In this document: piece after piece, positions 36,234 through 43,082 of the stretch
Layout of the letters: every line of letters begins with the position of its first letter
Position numbering within the stretch: position 1 is the stretch's first letter
Assembly: GCA_016218625.1 (NCBI GenBank)
Contig: JACRDL010000045.1
Coordinates: 1-63,799 of the forward strand
Reading direction: 5' to 3'
Source: Elusimicrobiota bacterium
Lineage (GTDB): Bacteria; Elusimicrobiota; UBA8919
Length of the DNA stretch: 63,799 bases
Notes under the pieces: model-generated
Databases searched by the model: none
Told to the model about the DNA's origin: nothing
What the model saw: the letters and a program-made list of their open reading frames with translations, nothing else
Program-made: the position numbers and the translations under genes

Positions 36234-37046
36234 ATGAAAGAATTTGTCATTAACATAATTATTCACTGGTGGCAGGAATTTTTAATAGAAATAAAACACT
36301 TTTTATTTCTCATGCAAGAGATGGATCGTTTGACGCAAGTTTTTTGGCCGGGGAAGACAGAACCAAGTATGCCTGAAGCTATATTTTTCTTTCTAATGTT
36401 TATGGGTATTCCTATGAGTGCATGTTTTATTGCAGACAAAATGGTTAAGAAAATAAAAATAGATAAGTTTAATGGGAAAATTATAAGAGAAAAATTTGTC
36501 GCACAATGGCTACCAAGAGGTGTCTTAATCGCATACCTTTTAGCACTTCTAATTATATTTCTCCCGGATAGTTGGCTGATAAAAACCAACTCTTTAGAAC
36601 CGAGAAGTTTTCAACGAGTCATCCTCACTCTGATATTGGCAGTAGTAGCACTTTTTTTTACTTTTATTGAGTTCATTCAGAATTATATATTTGTAAAAGA
36701 ATGGGAAAGATCACGATTTTCTTTATTTAGATTATTAGCAGGAACTTTAGGTAGGTTAATATTACTTTGGACGATTGTATTAGCAATGAGTTTCATAGCA
36801 TTTATGCCGATTTTTTTTCTTTACGGTGCAGTAACATTAGAAAATGCTCGTCGCATATTGCTTTTCAGTCATAAAAATTGGATTCTTGTTTTTTTGCCTG
36901 TCTATATGATTTTCGGACGGAACCGGCGGTTTCTCTGGCAGATTTTAAGTTTGAATCTTCTTTTTGTTCCAATCCCCAGAATCCCCCGATGGAAGGGCTT
37001 TGGTGGAGGATTTTCCGGCGGTGCCGGAGTAGGTGCGAACTTCTAA
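36234..37046 (+). CDS. hypothetical polytopic membrane protein with a Gly-rich C-terminus
   Basis: 270 aa with several TM helices. Ends GFGGGFSGGAGVGANF. Confidence 0.4.
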   Translation: MKEFVINIIIHWWQEFLIEIKHFLFLMQEMDRLTQVFWPGKTEPSMPEAIFFFLMFMGIPMSACFIADKMVKKIKIDKFNGKIIREKFVAQWLPRGVLIAYLLALLIIFLPDSWLIKTNSLEPRSFQRVILTLILAVVALFFTFIEFIQNYIFVKEWERSRFSLFRLLAGTLGRLILLWTIVLAMSFIAFMPIFFLYGAVTLENARRILLFSHKNWILVFLPVYMIFGRNRRFLWQILSLNLLFVPIPRIPRWKGFGGGFSGGAGVGANF

Positions 37047-37067
37047 AAATTTTATATAATAAGATTA

Positions 37068-37176
37068 TTGAAAAAGTCCCTTTTGCCGTCATTGCGAGGC
37101 ATAGTCGTGGCAATCTCTACGACGAGATTACTTCGTCGCTTTGCTCTTCGTAATGACAAATCGCAGGGTTTTTCAA
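37068..37176. repeat. GTCATTGCGAGG-type nested palindromic (REP/MITE-like) element
   Basis: Outer stem TTGAAAAAGTCCC/GGGTTTTTCAA. Inner stems GTCATTGCGAGG/CTTCGTAATGAC and GCAATCTC/GAGATTAC. Confidence 0.8.
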
Positions 37177-37213
37177 CGGTATTATAAAGTTGGTGGCGGC
37201 GGAGGTGGGGGGT

Positions 37214-37633
37214 ATGAATAGTAAGATGGTTGTGGGGTTAGGATTGTTTTGTGGTTTGGTGGTTTGCTTGACTTCTTGCGGTAAGAAGGAACCGAGTTCT
37301 GTTCCCGCAGAAAAACCGGCTGATGAGATAGCATTTGAGTCAGAGGTTAAACAACTGATTGAAAGCGGGACAGACATCAATCAGGCAAAGACAACGAAAT
37401 ATGACGTACCAATTTTTTATTATGCAGTTGTACGCAGATATGTAGACGCTGCAAAAATGCTTTTGGAAAAAGGGGCTCAACCAAATATACAAGATAAACT
37501 CGGGAACACTGCTTTGTCTTATGCAGAAAAAAGAGAAATGGAATCAGTGTATCAGAAAACTGGTAAGCCGTATTACCCCGGTGCTGATTACGACAAAACT
37601 ATAGAAGTTCTTAAAGGATATGGAGCAAAATGA
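37214..37633 (+). CDS. ankyrin-repeat lipoprotein (short paralog)
   Basis: Lipobox LTSC and one or two ANK repeats (NTALSYAEK). Its termini are homologous to ORF 38204. Confidence 0.65.
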   Translation: MNSKMVVGLGLFCGLVVCLTSCGKKEPSSVPAEKPADEIAFESEVKQLIESGTDINQAKTTKYDVPIFYYAVVRRYVDAAKMLLEKGAQPNIQDKLGNTALSYAEKREMESVYQKTGKPYYPGADYDKTIEVLKGYGAK

Positions 37634-37645
37634 ATAATGAGACCG

Positions 37646-37755
37646 CTGAAAAAGTCCCATAAGCAGTCATCCTGAACAGAGTGAAGGAACTCGCCTTTGA
37701 CGGAAAGAGATTCTTCGTTTCACTCAGAATGACATCAAAAAGAGGTTTTTCAACA
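37646..37755. repeat. GTCATCCTGAAC-type nested palindromic element (same architecture as 37068-37176)
   Basis: Outer stem CTGAAAAAGTCCC/GAGGTTTTTCAAC. Inner stem GTCATCCTGAACAGAGTGAAGGAACTC/GAGATTCTTCGTTTCACTCAGAATGAC. Confidence 0.8.
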
Positions 37756-37775
37756 GTATCATAATAAAAAATTTT

Positions 37776-38177
37776 ATGAGAATAAAAAATATTATAGAAA
37801 TTCTGATTTTGCCTATTAGGATTATTTATTTTAATGTTTTGGGTTTGGTATTATTTGTTAGATGTTTATTACCACATATCAAAGTAAAAAAGGGTGATAA
37901 ATTTCTTGTTTTGGAAGATACTAAAGGAGATGCAGAGATACATTATAATGCGCCTTGTACAGATGGTTTTAAATGCATAATACCAAAAGGAACCATTTTA
38001 GTCGCTTATTACGATCCACCACGTCTTACAGCAGGTTTCGGATGTATTCCAGAAAACAAAGACGAATTTGAAAAACGATATGTGCCACAAGATGTTAGAA
38101 TGAGTCCTAAATATGCAGGCTATTCTTTTGGAATAAAATATAGTGATATTGGGAAGAAGATAAAAAAGATTGAATAG
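37776..38177 (+). CDS. hypothetical protein
   Basis: 133-aa ORF with an N-terminal hydrophobic segment. No recognisable family. Confidence 0.35.
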   Translation: MRIKNIIEILILPIRIIYFNVLGLVLFVRCLLPHIKVKKGDKFLVLEDTKGDAEIHYNAPCTDGFKCIIPKGTILVAYYDPPRLTAGFGCIPENKDEFEKRYVPQDVRMSPKYAGYSFGIKYSDIGKKIKKIE

Positions 38178-38203
38178 AGCGAAAACAAAAATGGAGGTGC
38201 CTT

Positions 38204-38956
38204 ATGAATGGTTGTAGGATTAGGATTGTTTTGTTGGTGTGGCTTTGTGGAATTTGGTTGGCAAGTTGCAGTAAGAAGGAGTCAACTTCTGGCTTTGGTA
38301 AAAAATCTGCTGATGAAGTAGCATTTGAGTCAGAGGTTAATCAACTGATTCAAAGCGGGGCTGATATCAATCAAGCAAAAAAATCTGCTGGTAGTGCACA
38401 GATTCCGTATCTCTGGTGTGCAGTTAGTATGAATTTTGTGGATGCAACAAAGATACTGCTTGAAAAAGGTGCAGACCCGAATACAACTCGTGATGAAAGA
38501 TCAGAGCCGGTTCTTTTTCAAACAACATGTCCACCTATGTATGGTGGAAGAGATGACCAGCCAATGCTCAATAGAACCAAAGCGATTGCAGAACTTCTTA
38601 TACAGCACGGTGCAAATGTTAATTATTCTTTTGTTCAGGGAGAAACACCTTTGCATAGAGCTGCATTTGGTGGCAGAGCCGACCTTTGTCAACTGTTTAT
38701 TGAAAAAGGCGCTTTAGTAAATGCAACTGAAAATCTATTGGGAAGAACACCGCTCCATACAGCGGCTGAAATGGGAAACTGGGAGGCAGTCCAGATGCTA
38801 CTTGAAAAAGGTGCTGATATAAACTTAAAAGATAAAAACGGCGTCACAGCACTGACTCTGGCAGAAGCAAAAAGATACAACGAGCGTATGTATCGTACTC
38901 CCAATGTTGATTATGACAAGACAATAAAAGTTTTAAAAGAGCGAGGTGCACAATGA
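38204..38956 (+). CDS. ankyrin-repeat lipoprotein (long paralog)
   Basis: Lipobox LASC. ANK repeats (GETPLHRAAFGGRADLCQLFIEKGALVNA; GRTPLHTAAEMGNWEAVQMLLEKGADINLKDKNGVTAL). Confidence 0.8.
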   Translation: MNGCRIRIVLLVWLCGIWLASCSKKESTSGFGKKSADEVAFESEVNQLIQSGADINQAKKSAGSAQIPYLWCAVSMNFVDATKILLEKGADPNTTRDERSEPVLFQTTCPPMYGGRDDQPMLNRTKAIAELLIQHGANVNYSFVQGETPLHRAAFGGRADLCQLFIEKGALVNATENLLGRTPLHTAAEMGNWEAVQMLLEKGADINLKDKNGVTALTLAEAKRYNERMYRTPNVDYDKTIKVLKERGAQ

Positions 38957-39387
38957 TAATAATTACTGCAATATTTATTGGATTCCTTGTTAAAATTGTC
39001 CTGCTGGTTTTTATTATAGGTGGATATAAAGGACTTAAATTAAGCAATGATGAGGTTATCAGCGGTATAGAAACTTCTACACAAAAACATCTCACACGAA
39101 GGTCAATAATAACTATTGGAAGTTTGATTTTTGTGCAATGGGTGAAGTTCGGGTCTTTTGGCTATGCAGAGTTAGAAGGTGCCTCGCTGATAATGTATAT
39201 CATTATTATCTATGAAGTTATCGGCGATTTTGCTATGTTATTTTTCAGGAAAGGGTATGTAAATGAATTGAAGTGGTTAGCACGAAATTTTCCTTTACTA
39301 CTCAGGTTGCCTGTAATTGGTATTATTATATTTCTCTGTTACCTTTTTGTGAAAGATGTTATGCTTGATCTATCAATGATATTTTAG
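38953..39387 (+). CDS. hypothetical membrane protein
   Basis: 144 aa, 4 TM helices, ATGA overlap with the upstream gene. Confidence 0.4.
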   Translation: MIIITAIFIGFLVKIVLLVFIIGGYKGLKLSNDEVISGIETSTQKHLTRRSIITIGSLIFVQWVKFGSFGYAELEGASLIMYIIIIYEVIGDFAMLFFRKGYVNELKWLARNFPLLLRLPVIGIIIFLCYLFVKDVMLDLSMIF

Positions 39388-39390
39388 AAA

Positions 39391-39774
39391 ATGAAACGGT
39401 TAAATAAAGCATTAGATAATTTAATAAATTTTTTATCTTTGGCAAATGAAAGCCACTGGGCTAAACTACTTTCTGAAATTAAAAATGAACTAAACCAACC
39501 GGACAAAAGAGAAGAAGCACTTAAATCACTTGGGAGTTGTTTCGGAGGCATGGGTAGTTTGAATGATTTGTATATTTGCAAAGAATATAACAATATACCA
39601 CAGGGTTATACTGCAATAGATGTGAATAAAAAATTAGATAAACTCATGGATAATTTATTTAAAGAATATAAATTGGTATCATTAAATCCATTATCTCGGA
39701 TTTTGTGGAAAATATTAGAATTTAAGTACAGAAATGATTTTCCACCGAGAATAAAAAACGCCTTTAAGAAATAA
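39391..39774 (+). CDS. hypothetical protein
   Basis: 127-aa helical ORF. No family recognised. Confidence 0.35.
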   Translation: MKRLNKALDNLINFLSLANESHWAKLLSEIKNELNQPDKREEALKSLGSCFGGMGSLNDLYICKEYNNIPQGYTAIDVNKKLDKLMDNLFKEYKLVSLNPLSRILWKILEFKYRNDFPPRIKNAFKK

Positions 39775-39839
39775 TTCAAGTTAGGAAAAAATTGGCAAGA
39801 AGTGGTAAAAATTATTTTTGGTATACAAAAAGAGGGGAA

Positions 39840-40661
39840 ATGAAATTAAAAGCAAACGCAAAGATAAATCTGTTTTTAGATGTGCTTGGGAAACGAAAAG
39901 ACGGGTATCACAATATAAAAACGATTTTTCAGGAAATTTCGCTTTTCGATGATATTTTTATTAGAGAAACAAAAAACAGAATCAAAATTTTTTGTGATCA
40001 TCCAAAAGTTCCGACCGATAAAAGAAATCTTGTTTATAAAGCGGTGGATTTAATAAAAAAACGGTTCAAAATTAAAAAAGACATTGAAATAAAAATCAAA
40101 AAAAGAATCCCTGTCGGAGCAGGTTTGGGAGGCGGTTCGTCGGATGCTGCGGCTGTGTTAGGAGGACTCAATAAACTTTGGAATTTGAAACTTGATAAAA
40201 ATCAACTTGCCAAAATAGGAAAAAAACTCGGCGCCGATGTCCCGTTTTTTATTTATGGCGGCAGATGTCTTGGCGAAGGAATAGGCGATAAACTTATGCC
40301 GCTTAAAATCAGAAAAACCCAGTGGTATGTGATAGTTAAGCCGCCATTTGAAATTTCTACAAAAAACATATATTTAAGATTGACAAAAACAAGAAAAACT
40401 GGTAAAATAAAAAAATATATTAACAGATTAGAAGATGTTGTAATTCCTTTGTATCCTGAAATAAAAAAGATTAAAGAGAAATTAGTTGATTATGGTGCAG
40501 AATTTTCATTAATGTCCGGCAGCGGGAGTTGTGTTTTCGGTTTTGTAAAAAATAAAAGTGTCGGCGAAAAAATAAAAAACAAAATGAAAAAAGCCGGCTA
40601 TGCTGTTTGGTTGGTACATTCGGTAGAAGGCAGTAAGTGGGAAGTGGGAAGTGGGAAGTAA
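39840..40661 (+). CDS. ispE: 4-diphosphocytidyl-2-C-methyl-D-erythritol kinase
   Basis: KANAKINLFLDVLGKRKDGYH and the GHMP motif GAGLGGGSSDAAAVL. The C-terminal 9 aa run into a GGGAAGT repeat. Confidence 0.85.
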   Translation: MKLKANAKINLFLDVLGKRKDGYHNIKTIFQEISLFDDIFIRETKNRIKIFCDHPKVPTDKRNLVYKAVDLIKKRFKIKKDIEIKIKKRIPVGAGLGGGSSDAAAVLGGLNKLWNLKLDKNQLAKIGKKLGADVPFFIYGGRCLGEGIGDKLMPLKIRKTQWYVIVKPPFEISTKNIYLRLTKTRKTGKIKKYINRLEDVVIPLYPEIKKIKEKLVDYGAEFSLMSGSGSCVFGFVKNKSVGEKIKNKMKKAGYAVWLVHSVEGSKWEVGSGK

Positions 40662-40708
40662 GAAGTGGTTTTGGTTTAACTACTCTCTACTTACTACTAC
40701 CTACTCCC
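40632..40708. repeat. GGGAAGT/AGTAAG-word hairpin between ispE and spoVG
   Basis: AGTAAGTGGGAAGTGGGAAGTGGGAAGTAAGAAGTGG pairs with AACTACTCTCTACTTACTACTACCTACTCCC. Confidence 0.75.
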
Positions 40709-40727
40709 TGATTTTATGGGGGGCATC

Positions 40728-41039
40728 ATGGAGATTACAGAGGTTCGGGTTTTTTTGAAGGAAGAGGAGCGGTTAAGGGCATATGTGACGGTGACATTTG
40801 ACAATGCATTTGTCGTCAGGAATATGAAAATTGTCAAAGTCAATGACAAACTGATTGTTTCTATGCCGTCAAGAAAAATGAAGGACGGTTCGCACAAAGA
40901 CATCGCACATCCGATAAATGCGGAAATGAGACAAAAAATAGAAAAAGCGGTTATGGATGCATATGAGAAAGAACTTAAAAATCCGCATCCCGTCAAACCG
41001 AGAGAGGTAAAAAGCGAATATCCCGCGAAGGAAGAATAA
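40728..41039 (+). CDS. spoVG: septation/regulatory protein SpoVG
   Basis: MEITEVRVFLKEEERLRAYVTVTFDNAFVVRNMKIV...VSMPSRK. ATG 40728 is preferred. Confidence 0.85.
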   Translation: MEITEVRVFLKEEERLRAYVTVTFDNAFVVRNMKIVKVNDKLIVSMPSRKMKDGSHKDIAHPINAEMRQKIEKAVMDAYEKELKNPHPVKPREVKSEYPAKEE

Positions 41040-41041
41040 AA

Positions 41042-43021
41042 ATGAAAAAGGAAATGATGATACGGTTATACGGTGATAAGATGATACGAATCAGCATATC
41101 AGCATATCAGCATATCATCGCAGTTTTTTCACTTACTTGCTTACTCGCTTACTCGCTTACTCGCTGTCTCTATGCTGCACCGTCGGGAAACATTCAACTT
41201 TCAATCGCTTCCCCTGACCCCGCCACTGCCGGTGAAAAAGTAACATTTCAGGTAATTGCATTGAATACGGGTAGTGAAAAATGGCTTTCCGATGAATATT
41301 ATATGGAAGCCGAGATTTATGATGCGCAAAAAAATTACATCAAAAAAACAGGGAAACTGAAAGTTAAAAATGATGTCAACACGGGTGAAACGGCGCTTGC
41401 CTATATTCCGTTTACCGTGCCGAGTTCTTTTTCCGGCGAGTATTTTTACAAAATTACTTTAACACTTAAAGAGCAAAGAATTATCGTCTCCGAGTATCTT
41501 CCTTTTACCATAGTTGAACTTGCCCGCCCCCTTCAACCGGAAAAAAAAGTTACCGTCGGCGGTAATGCCATTCTTTCATGGAAACAATCGCAAAAAAAAT
41601 ATGAGGTAGACAGTTCTTCATCCGACTACAACGGTTCTCTCAATTTGAATTTGGTTGGCAATGTCTATCAAACGCCGGTTTCGCTGAATGTTTATGCGCT
41701 CTATACGAAATCAGATCAATTTGACCTTGACAATTTTCTTTTTAATTATTACGGGAAAAAAATTCAGGTCGCTTTCGGCGACATACAGCCGTCATATAAT
41801 TCGCTTACATTATATGGTGCGGGAATCCGCGGTTTGAATATCACAGGAACAACAGGAAAATTTTCCGCATCCATCGTCGGTGCCCAGTCGGCGGAAAAAG
41901 AGGAAGGGACGGACACTGCCAACGGCATCTACGAAAGGTATCTATACGGCGGAAAAATAAATCAGGGCTTCACCGAGATGAACACCGTTTTAGGCGGCTC
42001 ATATATTGAAAGCAAAGATAATGAAAATTCTATTGAAAGACCCGGTACAACCCTTCCCGTTAAAAATACCGTTATCGGCGGTGATGTATATTTTGAACCC
42101 ATTGATTTTTTAGGAGTGAAAGGCGATTACGGGCAATCGGAGTACTGGGAGGATATTTCGTCAGGTTCAGTTAAGGACTCCGGCATCAGAGCGACGATTT
42201 CTTCCGTCAATGTTAAAAACTTTTCATTCACGGGAATATACTCAAAAATAGAACCGGATTTCAACTCGCTTGGTGCCCCCGCTTCCACAAAAGACAAGGA
42301 ATCATATGAACTCTCAACCGGGTATTCTCTGGAGCGTTCCTGTTCGCTTTCCGTCTATTTCAACAATTATCATGATAATTTGAACAAGGATCCGAGCAAG
42401 ACAACTACAACTCAAAATCTCGGAAGTGTTACATTGGCAACCGGCATTCCGAAATATCCGGTTTTGACTCTGGGTTATTCCATGAATATAGCGAAAGGCG
42501 ATCCGATAAACGCTCTTAACAATGAAACAAAAACGCCGTCGGTTGGAATTTCTCACACGATAAAAATGACGACACTTTCTTTAAATGCCCAGCAGTCAAA
42601 ATTCAAAGATAAAACCAGTGTCTCATCCGATTTAAAAACTGACACGGGAAATCTCGGATTTTCAACACGCATCGGAGAGAATATTTCCGTTTCCGGCGGT
42701 ACCACGCTCTCTAAAACATTAAATATTGCTTCATCAACGGAAACCGCAACTGGCTCATATTCACTCAACATAAATTATCTCAACATCATAAAAGATAAAC
42801 TCTCCGCCGCAATGTGGGGTTCTTATACGACTTCTCTTGATAAACCGATGCAATCAACGGATAATATAAACACGACCGGCACCGTTGAGTTGACATACAA
42901 CCTTCGTCAAAATCTTTCCGCCACACTCGGCTATACGCTCGCCGACTATAAAGACGATATTTCCGTAGTAAACAGTTATAAAGAAAATTCCGGAAATATC
43001 CGGCTATCAATGAGTTTTTAA
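41042..43021 (+). CDS. putative outer-membrane beta-barrel protein with an N-terminal Ig/CARDB-like domain
   Basis: Signal peptide ending CLYA. An Ig-like ~110 aa domain (GEKVTFQVIALNTGSEKW), then ~500 aa of alternating beta pattern. Terminal ...IRLSMSF. Confidence 0.55.
   Translation: MKKEMMIRLYGDKMIRISISAYQHIIAVFSLTCLLAYSLTRCLYAAPSGNIQLSIASPDPATAGEKVTFQVIALNTGSEKWLSDEYYMEAEIYDAQKNYIKKTGKLKVKNDVNTGETALAYIPFTVPSSFSGEYFYKITLTLKEQRIIVSEYLPFTIVELARPLQPEKKVTVGGNAILSWKQSQKKYEVDSSSSDYNGSLNLNLVGNVYQTPVSLNVYALYTKSDQFDLDNFLFNYYGKKIQVAFGDIQPSYNSLTLYGAGIRGLNITGTTGKFSASIVGAQSAEKEEGTDTANGIYERYLYGGKINQGFTEMNTVLGGSYIESKDNENSIERPGTTLPVKNTVIGGDVYFEPIDFLGVKGDYGQSEYWEDISSGSVKDSGIRATISSVNVKNFSFTGIYSKIEPDFNSLGAPASTKDKESYELSTGYSLERSCSLSVYFNNYHDNLNKDPSKTTTTQNLGSVTLATGIPKYPVLTLGYSMNIAKGDPINALNNETKTPSVGISHTIKMTTLSLNAQQSKFKDKTSVSSDLKTDTGNLGFSTRIGENISVSGGTTLSKTLNIASSTETATGSYSLNINYLNIIKDKLSAAMWGSYTTSLDKPMQSTDNINTTGTVELTYNLRQNLSATLGYTLADYKDDISVVNSYKENSGNIRLSMSF
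41055..41165. repeat. composite word repeats (GATACGG, CAGCATAT x3, CTTACTCG x3) encoding the leader peptide
   Basis: Read directly. Encodes MIRLYGDKMIRISISAYQHIIAVFSLTCLLAYSLTR. Confidence 0.85.
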
Positions 43022-43082
43022 TAGACTATAGATTACACGGATAAAAGACAAGATTACACAGATTAAAATCCTGGGAGGGAAA

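Noticed and set aside
37068-39780. Integron gene-cassette array with attC sites (small same-strand ORFs separated by palindromes)
   Set aside because: There is no intI integrase or attI. The palindrome ends do not fit the RYYYAAC/GTTRRRY core sites, and only two of the junctions carry the element.
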